From: Candidatus Woesearchaeota archaeon
GTDB taxonomy: Archaea; Nanobdellota; Nanobdellia; Woesearchaeales; GW2011-AR9
Direction of reading: 5' to 3'
Assembly (NCBI GenBank): GCA_018303045.1
Contig: JAGVYX010000035.1
Location: forward strand, 1 to 47,877
DNA length: 47,877 nt
The notes beneath the pieces are model-generated. The model had not been told where the DNA came from, made no database searches, and was given only the letters and a program-made list of their open reading frames with translations. Shown here piece after piece: positions 1 through 9,147 of the stretch. How positions within the stretch are numbered: position 1 is the stretch's first letter; each line of letters begins with the position of its first letter. The translations under genes and the position numbers were made by a program.

Positions 1-1
1 A

Positions 2-103
2 GTAGTGTACGAAAAAGTTGTAACAAAATTTGGAACATCTGGAAAATTAGATACTCCAAAGAAGTATATTGGAAAAAGAGCCTATGTGATTATTGTGCAC
101 TGA
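2..103 (+). CDS. DUF2080-like transposon-associated small protein, 3' part (5' end outside window)
   Basis: Frame 2 reads VVYEKVVTKFGTSGKLDTPKKYIGKRAYVIIVH*, matching the KFGxS...PKxYIGKRAYVII pattern of DUF2080; convergent with an IS481 remnant. Confidence 0.7.
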   Translation, partial: VVYEKVVTKFGTSGKLDTPKKYIGKRAYVIIVH

Positions 104-746
104 CTATTTATGCAACACAGCACTGATAATTAGAGTATATTTTAGTTCAAGAGAATTTCTATACGTTCTAAAGAACCGCCCTACTTTGCCATTCGCCTGT
201 GGTCTGTTGATTCGAGCAAGACAATGCTTAATGCCTAACGAATGGAGTGCTTGACAAAACAAAGTATTTTCTTGTTCTGTATTTGGATGATTCGCATAAT
301 ATTGTGAGCCATGATCGGTCATGACTGCTTTTGACTTGCCGTACTCGGCAATGCCGCTACGAAGTAGGGCAATGCTATTCTCTTGCAGAAGCGCTCTGAA
401 ATATCCCCAAGCTAATGATTAAGCGTGTTCTATCGTCAATAAAAACACTTAATTGCTTTCCCATAAAATGATCAAACGGCCCATCAGTGTGCCACAAATC
501 ATTTGAGTACGGAAGCTCATAGCGCACCCATTTTCTTGGCTTCTGCTTTTTTGGATTAGCAACATGCCATTTCTAATCAGCACTTTTTCTATTTGCCTAT
601 GACTAATCGCAAATCCTTTTTGTTTAAGGATTTGCTCAATTCTGCCAGGTCCGTAACCAAAGCATTTTCTTAAGCCCAGAATGATGATAACTGCATTCTG
701 ATTAAGTATTGTTTCAGAACGACCGGCTTTATGGTCATTTAAACAA
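104..746 (-). pseudogene. Degraded IS481-family DDE transposase (frameshifts, 5' part missing)
   Basis: Minus-strand fragments in different frames: GYGPGRIEQIL...ISHRQIEKVL, KWVRYELPYSNDLWHTD, VFIDDRTR, MTDHGSQY, RPQANGKVGRF. Confidence 0.85.
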
Positions 747-911
747 CATCAAAAGAGGACACTTCGCTCTTTTTCGAAACCTTTATATACTACCTGCCAA
801 TAACAACTAATAGTATTAAGTTGGCCGAAGCAGAGGGTATAAACTACTATTTCTGTTTCAATAATTTAGTATTTTAAAAATTAGAACTATTAAATAGTTT
901 GGAGAATTAAA

Positions 912-2198
912 ATGTTTGAACAATTAAATGTAAGCGTTGCTGTGATAGCTGCTTTAAAAGAGCAGGGGATTACTGAACCAATGAGTATACAGGAAAAAAC
1001 TATTCCTTCGATTTATCAGGGAAAAGACGTAGTAGGCATTTCCAGAACCGGGTCCGGTAAAACTCTGGCTTTTGCTGTCCCTTTGCTTGATAAAGCAGTA
1101 AAAGGGCAAGGCGTGCAGTCGCTGATTTTAGCGCCTACCAGGGAATTAGCTAACCAGATTTCCAACGAAATGCGCAAATGGAGCAAGAATTTAAAGTTAA
1201 GCATCGCTACGGTATTTGGCGGTGTTGGTTTTGAGCCGCAGGTTGATGCTATCGAAGAAGCAGAAATTGTGGTGGGCACGCCTGGTCGGATTTTAGATCA
1301 TCTAGGCCGAAACAGCCTTAAATTATCTAGATTAAAAAGCCTGGTTTTAGATGAGGCAGACAAAATGGTGGAAATGGGATTCATTGAAGATATTGAAAGA
1401 ATCCTCCGCCAGTCTAATCCTGAAAAGCAGATTATTCTCTTTGGGGCAACCATTTCCAATGAGATAGATTACCTTAAAGATAAATACATGGACGATGTAG
1501 TAACCATGGAAGATGAATTGCAGGTTAAAAAAGACTTGTTAAAACAATATTATTACAATTGCCAGCTGCATGAAAAGTTTTCTCTGTTAGTTCATTTACT
1601 AAAAAAAGAGAAAACTGGCCGGGTAATTATCTTTTGCTCTAAGATTTCCACGGTAGATTTGCTGCATCGAAATCTAAAAAACCAGGGAATTAAGTGTGAA
1701 ACTATCCATGGCCGAATGAGCCAGAACAAACGGCTACTGGCCATTGACAGATTTAACAAGGATAAGAATGAAATCTTAATTGCTTCCGCTGTTGCCTCTC
1801 GAGGCTTGGATATTCAGGATGTTACTCATGTGTTTAACTATGATTTAGCTAAAGATCCGCAGGAGTACATTCACAGAATTGGCCGAACCGCTCGTGCTGG
1901 AGAGTCAGGAAAAGCGATCACTTTGTTAGCCCGGCCGGACTTTGAGGCTTTTGAAGCTATCCTAAAGCGATATCCGGTCGAAGTGGAAGAAATACCCCCC
2001 GAACCATTTGCCAAGTTAAGATTTGAAGTGCAGAGAAATAACAGCTTTAGAACGGATCATCAGAGATCGTTCAGAAGTTCTGGAATGAATCGGAGTTACA
2101 GCCATTCCCGCAGGCCTTTTTCCAACAGAAATTCTGAAGGGACTGCAGCTTATGGAAGTAATTTCTCTAGAAAAGAAGGATTTGGCTATAGAAATTAA
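912..2198 (+). CDS. DEAD-box RNA helicase
   Basis: Q motif, TGSGKT, PTRELA, TPGR, DEAD, SRGLD, HRIGRTAR; R/S-rich C-terminal tail. Confidence 0.97.
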   Translation: MFEQLNVSVAVIAALKEQGITEPMSIQEKTIPSIYQGKDVVGISRTGSGKTLAFAVPLLDKAVKGQGVQSLILAPTRELANQISNEMRKWSKNLKLSIATVFGGVGFEPQVDAIEEAEIVVGTPGRILDHLGRNSLKLSRLKSLVLDEADKMVEMGFIEDIERILRQSNPEKQIILFGATISNEIDYLKDKYMDDVVTMEDELQVKKDLLKQYYYNCQLHEKFSLLVHLLKKEKTGRVIIFCSKISTVDLLHRNLKNQGIKCETIHGRMSQNKRLLAIDRFNKDKNEILIASAVASRGLDIQDVTHVFNYDLAKDPQEYIHRIGRTARAGESGKAITLLARPDFEAFEAILKRYPVEVEEIPPEPFAKLRFEVQRNNSFRTDHQRSFRSSGMNRSYSHSRRPFSNRNSEGTAAYGSNFSRKEGFGYRN

Positions 2199-2232
2199 AG
2201 AAAATTGATTTAAAGAGAGAAAAATAAATACA

Positions 2233-2580
2233 ATGTATGGTCTATTAAAGAAATTTGGAACCTGGGGAGAACTTCATGAAGAATCAGAACTTCTGGCCCT
2301 GGAAGCTGAAAGGCTGAGAGGAATAGATTCTAATCAGTCCATAGTTTTGTATGCTCAAGCTGCAGTGAAGGAAGAGGAAGTTTTAGATCATATCCCCAGA
2401 GAAGGAAGTACACAACAATTCTATGAAGCTGTTGTAGTCAGCGCTGCCGCATTATATTTTAAAGGGAGAGATTATGCTGGTTCACAGAGAATTATAGATA
2501 ATCATTCCCCAAATCTACGGTTGCCTTATTTTAAGAAAGGATTAGAAGAAGTAGTTGAAGCTTTAATGAAGATGAATTAG
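2233..2580 (+). CDS. Hypothetical helical protein
   Basis: 115-aa ORF, TTTAAA box upstream, no motif recognised. Confidence 0.65.
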   Translation: MYGLLKKFGTWGELHEESELLALEAERLRGIDSNQSIVLYAQAAVKEEEVLDHIPREGSTQQFYEAVVVSAAALYFKGRDYAGSQRIIDNHSPNLRLPYFKKGLEEVVEALMKMN

Positions 2581-2584
2581 TTTA

Positions 2585-2668
2585 GAGAACTTTGAATAAT
2601 TAGAGAACTTGGAATAATTAGTTTTTTTATCCAAAAAATCAGCAAAATCCCTGCTTTTTAAAGTTCTC
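2585..2668 (-). mobile_element. MITE family A copy (reverse orientation, one end duplicated)
   Basis: Reverse complement aligns with 15017..15080; ends GAGAACTTT / AAAGTTCTC. Confidence 0.65.
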
Positions 2669-2698
2669 TATCGAAAAAATTAAATCAAAACCTTTAAA

Positions 2699-2785
2699 TA
2701 AAACTCCCTTTTTTATCATTAAGAATTCTTATGGCTGTCATTAAAACTCCCTTTTTTATCATTAAGAATTCTTATGGCTGTCATT
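2699..2785 (+). repeat. 43-bp perfect tandem duplication covering the ferredoxin start
   Basis: TAAAACTCCC...CTTATGGCTGTCAT at 2699 and again at 2742. Confidence 0.95.
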
Positions 2786-3037
2786 CAATTAGCTGATCAA
2801 AAAATAGAACTTAAGGATGGAGACAGAATCAGAGATGCCTGTGAACAGTTAGGCGCGCCGTTCGGCTGCCGTTCCGGGTTTTGCGGCGCTTGCAAAATTG
2901 AGATTATTGAAGGCGGTGAAAATTTGAATATATTAAATCAAGAAGAGCTGAATATGGGCGATCGTGATAGAACGCATCGCCTGGCTTGTCAAGCTGTGAT
3001 CAAACAGGGATTTGTTAAAATTAAAGAGGGGTTTTAA
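2774..3037 (+). CDS. 2Fe-2S ferredoxin
   Basis: CRSGFCGAC plus RLACQ. Confidence 0.93.
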   Translation: MAVIQLADQKIELKDGDRIRDACEQLGAPFGCRSGFCGACKIEIIEGGENLNILNQEELNMGDRDRTHRLACQAVIKQGFVKIKEGF

Positions 3038-3049
3038 AGGAGGGATAAA

Positions 3050-3622
3050 ATGGAAAATAAATTAGCTATCAATGAACCAGCGCCGCCTTTTGAGGCGCAG
3101 GCTTACTGCAATAGCCAGGTAAAAAAGGTTAAATTATCCGATTACCAGGGAAAGTGGGTGGTCCTTTTCTTTTATCCCGCTGATTTTACCTTTATCTGTC
3201 CTACCGAACTGGGAGAAATGGCTGATAAATATGAAGAGTTAAAACAGTTGAACACAGAAATTTTATCGGTAAGCGCCGATACTGTATTTGTCCATAAAGC
3301 CTGGCATGACACATCCCTAACGATAAAGAAAATTAAGTTTCCCATGGTGGCTGATCCAGCTGGACAAATTTGCCAGGCCTATGGCACCATGATTCCAGGG
3401 GAAGGAATCAGCTTGCGGGGGACATTCATTATTGATCCCGATGGAATCTTAAAAGCTTTTGAACTGCATGACAATTCTATTGGCCGAAGCGCTAAAGAAC
3501 TGATTAGAAAAATCAAAGCCGCGCAATTTGTCCGGGAACATGGCGGAGAAGTCTGTCCAGCCAGCTGGGAGCCTGGTCAGAAAACCTTAAAACCAGGATT
3601 GGATTTAGTAGGAAAAATTTAG
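3050..3622 (+). CDS. ahpC: 2-Cys peroxiredoxin (AhpC/Prx1)
   Basis: FFYPADFTFICPTE and EVCPASW motifs; GGAGG SD upstream. Confidence 0.96.
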   Translation: MENKLAINEPAPPFEAQAYCNSQVKKVKLSDYQGKWVVLFFYPADFTFICPTELGEMADKYEELKQLNTEILSVSADTVFVHKAWHDTSLTIKKIKFPMVADPAGQICQAYGTMIPGEGISLRGTFIIDPDGILKAFELHDNSIGRSAKELIRKIKAAQFVREHGGEVCPASWEPGQKTLKPGLDLVGKI

Positions 3623-3634
3623 GAGGCAACAAAA

Positions 3635-4006
3635 ATGAGTATTGAAGGGTCTTTTGATAAAATTAGAAATAAAATTAGAGAGAATAATAGAAATAATAAT
3701 AAAGATAATTACTTTCCTTTGGAAAAAATATTATCTGTTGATAAAGATTCGTACTTAAGGTCTGTTGAAAAAACTGACCGGGATTATAAATTTCAGGGAA
3801 TAACTGTTGAAGGCGAAGCAGCTTATCTGCTTACGGAAACTTTTAGGGCAGAAGTGCCTAAAAATACAGAAGCAGTAGTAAATGTCTTGCGTTTTTTATA
3901 TCGAGATGAAGGGCGCCAGCTGGGAAATATGTATGGCACTGCCTTAATACCTAAAATCGCGGCCAGAGGCCATAAACAGTCTAAACTAAACGGTGAAGAC
4001 GCATGA
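3635..4006 (+). CDS. Hypothetical protein within the redox cluster
   Basis: GGAGG SD; overlaps the SOD start (ATGA); C-terminal MYGTALIP. Confidence 0.65.
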   Translation: MSIEGSFDKIRNKIRENNRNNNKDNYFPLEKILSVDKDSYLRSVEKTDRDYKFQGITVEGEAAYLLTETFRAEVPKNTEAVVNVLRFLYRDEGRQLGNMYGTALIPKIAARGHKQSKLNGEDA

Positions 4007-4578
4007 CTTATCAAGAACAAAATTTTAAACAGTTATTAGGTGTAAAAGGTTTCAGCGACAAACTGCTGGAAACCCATTTTAAATTATATGCAGGATATGT
4101 TGCTAATACCAACAAACTACTGGATTTAATGAAATCCTTAACCCCCGGAACGCCGGAATGGTCGGAAATTAAACGAAGATTCGGCTGGGAGTTTAACGGC
4201 ATGAGGCTGCATGAACTCTATTTTGGCAATATGTCTAAAGCTAAAACAAAACTGTCTGAACATAGCCCCTTATCTAAGTTAATGGCGCAATCATTTGGCT
4301 CCAACCAGGCCGGTGAAGATGATTTTGTTAATACAGGAAAGATGCGCGGCATTGGCTGGGTAATTATGGCTTATGATTCGGCAGCTAAGAGATTGTTTAA
4401 CACTTGGGTTGATGAACATGATGTTGGCCATTTAGCTGGCGCAGCGCCTCTGCTGGTGATGGATGTGTTTGAGCATGCCTACATTACCGATTATAATATT
4501 GACCGGCCTGCTTACATTAAAGCTTTTGTTGAAGCAACTGATTGGGACGTAGTACAGAAGCGGCTGGAAAAAGCCTAG
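4003..4578 (+). CDS. Fe/Mn superoxide dismutase (ChrC-like variant)
   Basis: ETHFKLYAGYV, FNGMRLHELYF, GIGW, MDVFEHAY. Confidence 0.93.
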   Translation: MTYQEQNFKQLLGVKGFSDKLLETHFKLYAGYVANTNKLLDLMKSLTPGTPEWSEIKRRFGWEFNGMRLHELYFGNMSKAKTKLSEHSPLSKLMAQSFGSNQAGEDDFVNTGKMRGIGWVIMAYDSAAKRLFNTWVDEHDVGHLAGAAPLLVMDVFEHAYITDYNIDRPAYIKAFVEATDWDVVQKRLEKA

Positions 4579-4587
4579 CTTTGTTTA

Positions 4588-4627
4588 GAAAATTTTTCTG
4601 ATGAAAAACGAATTATTCAAAATTCTT
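4588..4627 (+). mobile_element. MITE family A short degenerate copy
   Basis: Ends AATTATTCAAAATTCTT like the other copies; TTTA on both flanks. Confidence 0.5.
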
Positions 4628-4701
4628 TTTAATTTCAGAACAGAAGATTTATTAATTTCCCATAATAGTCAAACCTTGAAATAATTTTCTAGAGGAAAAA
4701 A

Positions 4702-5502
4702 ATGAATCTGGGAGCAAAACTTAAGGAAGGAAAAACCAAAATAATTTACGCCAATCCTGACGATCTGGCTACAGAAATCATGTTTTTTAAAGATTCCATT
4801 ACTGCCGGGGATGGAGCTAAAAAAGATACTATTTCCGGGAAAGGCGCCATTGACTGGCAGACGCACGTTAACATTATGGAATACCTTAAAAGAAGGAGCC
4901 TTCAGAATCTGGCCTTTCATTCCGCGCCGGAAACTGGCTGCTGCTTAATTAAAAAAGTGGACAAGATTTTACCTTTGGAAATTGTCGCCAGGAGAGTGGC
5001 TGCCGGCTCAGTGTTATCTTCAGGCTTTGAAGAAGGCCAAAAGTTCGACCCATTATATCATCAGATTTTCTATAAGGATGATTTTCTGCACGATCCGCTT
5101 CTTGACGATAATTTTTTAAGAGTTATCGAGGAAAAGTACCAATTCCCAATATTTAGCGAAGCCAGAACGTTGTCGGAAAAGATTTTTTTATTGCTGGAGG
5201 AAGCTTTTGCCAGAGAAAATCACCAGTATATTGATCAGAAAATCGAAGTGGGCATAATCTTCAATGGCCAAAGATATGATTCGCAACAAAGCCAAATAGT
5301 TTTAGTGGATGAAATCACTGCCGGCTCGATGCGAGTCTGGCCTTACGCTAAAGCAAATCCAGACTTAAGCCAGCCGAATGTTTTAAGCGAGCTGGATAAA
5401 AGCGGAATGAAAGATAAGCAGCTCTACCGGGAAGGAAAATCACTGGACCAAGTGAAGAAAGGGTTTGAGCAGATTATGGAAATGACGGCAAGATTCGAAT
5501 AG
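4702..5502 (+). CDS. purC: SAICAR synthetase
   Basis: EGKTKIIY, FKDSITAGDG, IPLEIVAR-like PLEIVARRVAAGS, YKDDFLHDP, DQKIEVG, DKQLYR. Confidence 0.92.
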   Translation: MNLGAKLKEGKTKIIYANPDDLATEIMFFKDSITAGDGAKKDTISGKGAIDWQTHVNIMEYLKRRSLQNLAFHSAPETGCCLIKKVDKILPLEIVARRVAAGSVLSSGFEEGQKFDPLYHQIFYKDDFLHDPLLDDNFLRVIEEKYQFPIFSEARTLSEKIFLLLEEAFARENHQYIDQKIEVGIIFNGQRYDSQQSQIVLVDEITAGSMRVWPYAKANPDLSQPNVLSELDKSGMKDKQLYREGKSLDQVKKGFEQIMEMTARFE

Positions 5503-5601
5503 CAATTCCTGGTTAGTTTAACTATGCCCTAAAGCTGGGTTTTAAGACCTAACAAAATTCTCAAAAAAGATTTATAAATAACTTGTCTAAATCTATAGTT
5601 A

Positions 5602-6192
5602 ATGACCGAAGACGGATTAGTAGCCTTAGCCAGAAGATATTGTGAGGAGTATCATCAGGGGCAGACGCGAAGAGGCAATGGTCTGCCGTATTCTACCCAT
5701 CCAGTTGCGGTAGCTGAAATATTAGCTAGACAGGGATATAATGATTTAGCCACGCAGTGTATGGCTCTTCTTCATGATATTATTGAAGATGCGGGGTTAG
5801 TGCCGAAGGAAATTAAGAATCAGTTTGGCTTTGAAATCGCCCACGGAATTTATGTTCTTTCCAGAAATACCATTACTGCGGATAATTTGGAATTCATGAA
5901 TAACGCTATTGGCAGACGCAGCGATCCGGCTTTTGAGCTGACTGAAGAACACTTATACAAACTCAGGATTAGCTGCGCTCCAGACAAAGTTAAGCGGGTT
6001 AAAATCGCCGATATGATCCATAATACCACCGATCTGGGCACTCTCCGGCCAACGGGAATTGCCAGAAAAATTGATGATTCAAAAAGATTTTATATTCCCA
6101 TCGGCAGAGTTGTCGCGCCGCCTCTGGCAGAGGAGTTGGAGGCTAATGTTAATGCTTATGAACAAGCTCAGAAATTGGCAGGTTCTCAGTAA
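5602..6192 (+). CDS. HD-domain protein, small alarmone hydrolase/Mesh1-like
   Basis: HQGQTRR, PYSTHP, LLHDIIED, VKIADMIHN. Confidence 0.88.
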   Translation: MTEDGLVALARRYCEEYHQGQTRRGNGLPYSTHPVAVAEILARQGYNDLATQCMALLHDIIEDAGLVPKEIKNQFGFEIAHGIYVLSRNTITADNLEFMNNAIGRRSDPAFELTEEHLYKLRISCAPDKVKRVKIADMIHNTTDLGTLRPTGIARKIDDSKRFYIPIGRVVAPPLAEELEANVNAYEQAQKLAGSQ

Positions 6193-6223
6193 TCCTTAAA
6201 TAGTTTCTATCCCTTTCTATTCT

Positions 6224-9127
6224 ATGCCAAAAAGAGGACAGATAACTGTATTTATAATTATAGGAGTTATTATCTTAATTGTCGCCGTAAGTTTATTTTT
6301 TCTAGTTTCTACAGTGTCTTCTTCAAAAGAAATCTTGCGCCCCCTATCTACTGATGCTATAAGCTTGTTTGTGGAACGCTGCCTGTTCCAAACAACGGCA
6401 GATGGCCTTGAAATCATTGGCAAACAAGGCGGCTATTACCAAGTTCCGGCTCCATTTAAGCATTATCCGATCTTTACGATGCCTTACTACTTCCATGAAG
6501 GCAATAGTTTTATTCCTACAGAAGAAAGAGTTAAGGCGGAGTTGGAAGCTTACATTGAAAATGAAATAAAGAGTTGTCTGGATCTCAAATATTTTGAACA
6601 GCAAGGATATCAGTTTTCGTTTTCTAATTCTCTTAAGAGCGATCTTATCCAAGACCAATTTCTCACCATCCCATCTCAGCCTATAGAAGTCAAAGTTATT
6701 TTTAGCCCAGCTAAGGTGCAGGCAGAGCTGCATTATCCATTTACAGTAGGTTTAGGCTTGCAGCAGAAAGAATTATCTTCATTTAAAACCGCTGTGGACA
6801 TTCCTTTTAAGGAAATTTTCAAAACAATAGAAGGCATTGCGCAGATGCAGCAAAAACAACTCGACGTTCTCGTGCTGGGAGATTTGTTGGAAGCTGCCTC
6901 TCAGAAGAATTTTTATCTGTCCATAACCACTGTCGGTGAAGGCGAAGTTTTGTTTAACCTGTTTTTTCCAATCAAGCATAATGAGCTTTATAATTACGCC
7001 TTTCTAGCCCGGTATCCTAAGCTGGATTTAGATAAAGCCAAGATTTTTTCCCCACAGGCTGAATTACAATCAGAAGCTTTGATTTATGAGCACCATTCCT
7101 TGGAAATTCCCCTGCCGGTTCTGGCCTCCGGTCCTGATAACTTTGAATTTATTCCACCAGCCGACCTTTGGCAGGATCCAAATTATCTCTCTAATTTAAA
7201 CTCGCAGGATTTTCTTGCCAGCTTATTTTCCAATCCCTCTTTATTTAGCAACTCCGCGGTATTGTATGAATTTGAAAATCGCCTGGGCGAGGCTAATTTC
7301 ATTGAGCAATTAAACCAGCAGCGCAATTTATTAAATCGCTGGGCAGATTTAAAAGGAATCAGCTTTGGAAATCAAGGCGAACTGCTGTCCTACACTAATG
7401 GGCTTATCACTACCAAAGGCAAGCAATCCACTACTTTTAATCCTGCAGATCTCCTGGGAGCAACCGTTCTGAAGTCTGGTGAAGTCCAGCTGCCGAGCAA
7501 GGCAGTCATCTCCAGCGCCAATATCGAGAAAAGCAGTGGCGCTTTAGTTATTAATGGGGGAAGCATAGATCTCAGTAATGCTATAAATTTAGAAAACACT
7601 CGTGTTGTAAACGCTGTTGTATTTAGAAACAGCCAGGAAATATACTCGCAGGGCGGCGAGCCGTTTTTTATTGAGGCTAATGCTGCAGGACAACCTACAA
7701 TAAAAGGGGCCGAGGTATTTATTGCCAAGGATGGACAAACGGAATTACTCCTTACCGGAAGCCTTACTCTTTTAGATGAAACATCATATACCTTATACCC
7801 AGATACTCTGCTTAGAGAATATCGCAATGAGCAGCCTAGTCTTGATTATGCCATTGGCCGGACCATCCATTTTTCTATGGAAGGAGGCGGATGCGCTGCG
7901 ATAAAAAATTGCATTGAAAGGGATCCTGATAAAAGTGAACTGAAAGTATCTACAGATGACGGACAAGTAAAGATTGCTAATTTAGGCAATTCCTTGCAGA
8001 AATTAATAGTAGATGGCAAAGGGCAGGTAGAATATTTTGAAAATAATGTCCAACTGCTGTTCTCCGGCAAGCCTGTAACAGTTGCCGGCGACCCTTCTAC
8101 TCTCAGGACTGAAGTTGAGCATATCTATACAAGAGATGGAAAAAAATCTATTAAATTGCTTCCTGCGGCGCATGGCATAGAAATACAGTTTTGTCTGAAG
8201 CTCTGCACTTACCAAGGAATGTTAACTAATGAGGCTTTGCTGGCCATGAAAAATTTTGCTGACACGAAACTCCGGCAGGATCAGCTGGCTCAGCAGTTTG
8301 GAGCTCAATATGGAGAACGAAATTCTTTGCGCGTGCTGGGTTATTTAGATGAACCAACTGAGCTAAGAATAATTAATGCGATCCAGCAGGCGGCAGAGAA
8401 AACCGGGCTGGATCCTAACTTTGTTGCAGGAGCTTTTTTTGTTGAAGGGCTGCATGGATGGATTTCAAACGAATATTATAACAATCCCGACGCCGAGCTT
8501 AGCGCAATGGGATCTTTAGGCGCTGATCGTTTTGGCAAAGAAGAGGCTATCCTGCGCGATAAGGGTTATCTTAGGCCTGATTTTCAAGAAGGCGCGGATT
8601 TCAGCAAAGAGGAACTGCTTACTAGCGAAAGAGGAGAGGCATCTCCAAGAGTTATTTTTAAAGATGTAGAGAGAGGTGTAGAGGGAGCAGCAGCCATGCT
8701 AGCTTACCGGCGGGACTTGCTTAAGCGCGATTTGAGAGATAATGGCCTTAATCCAGATGACTTAACGCGTGATCAGTTAAATTATTGGACTTACGTATAT
8801 TATAATGCCGGAAGCGGCCCTCCCGAAGACCCTTATGGTAAGGGAAGAGCAATAATCAAAGAACGAGCTAAGCATGGTGCGGGCAGTCTAGTTATTCCTT
8901 CCCAGAAAATAGTGAATAAAATAGTTGAAAGAAAAGTTTCAACGGAAATATCTAGCGAATTAATAGAAATTTTTAATCCATTAGGAAATGCCCAGCGGGT
9001 AATGGCTACCACTAAGTTGATAGAAGAAGCTAATCCTGTTCCGCCTGAGCAAGCTAAAAAGGAGATACAGGCAAAGCGGACGCAATTAGCTGATACTGGG
9101 CCTGGCAATGAATTTAAATCAAATTAG
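6224..9127 (+). CDS. Large surface protein: class III (pilin-type) signal peptide and C-terminal lytic transglycosylase-like domain
   Basis: MPKRG/QITVFIIIG plus hydrophobic helix; AAEKTGLDPNFVAGAFFVEG and YYNAG near the C-terminus. Confidence 0.7.
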   Translation: MPKRGQITVFIIIGVIILIVAVSLFFLVSTVSSSKEILRPLSTDAISLFVERCLFQTTADGLEIIGKQGGYYQVPAPFKHYPIFTMPYYFHEGNSFIPTEERVKAELEAYIENEIKSCLDLKYFEQQGYQFSFSNSLKSDLIQDQFLTIPSQPIEVKVIFSPAKVQAELHYPFTVGLGLQQKELSSFKTAVDIPFKEIFKTIEGIAQMQQKQLDVLVLGDLLEAASQKNFYLSITTVGEGEVLFNLFFPIKHNELYNYAFLARYPKLDLDKAKIFSPQAELQSEALIYEHHSLEIPLPVLASGPDNFEFIPPADLWQDPNYLSNLNSQDFLASLFSNPSLFSNSAVLYEFENRLGEANFIEQLNQQRNLLNRWADLKGISFGNQGELLSYTNGLITTKGKQSTTFNPADLLGATVLKSGEVQLPSKAVISSANIEKSSGALVINGGSIDLSNAINLENTRVVNAVVFRNSQEIYSQGGEPFFIEANAAGQPTIKGAEVFIAKDGQTELLLTGSLTLLDETSYTLYPDTLLREYRNEQPSLDYAIGRTIHFSMEGGGCAAIKNCIERDPDKSELKVSTDDGQVKIANLGNSLQKLIVDGKGQVEYFENNVQLLFSGKPVTVAGDPSTLRTEVEHIYTRDGKKSIKLLPAAHGIEIQFCLKLCTYQGMLTNEALLAMKNFADTKLRQDQLAQQFGAQYGERNSLRVLGYLDEPTELRIINAIQQAAEKTGLDPNFVAGAFFVEGLHGWISNEYYNNPDAELSAMGSLGADRFGKEEAILRDKGYLRPDFQEGADFSKEELLTSERGEASPRVIFKDVERGVEGAAAMLAYRRDLLKRDLRDNGLNPDDLTRDQLNYWTYVYYNAGSGPPEDPYGKGRAIIKERAKHGAGSLVIPSQKIVNKIVERKVSTEISSELIEIFNPLGNAQRVMATTKLIEEANPVPPEQAKKEIQAKRTQLADTGPGNEFKSN

Positions 9128-9147
9128 TTCAAATGATTGGGTTCTGT

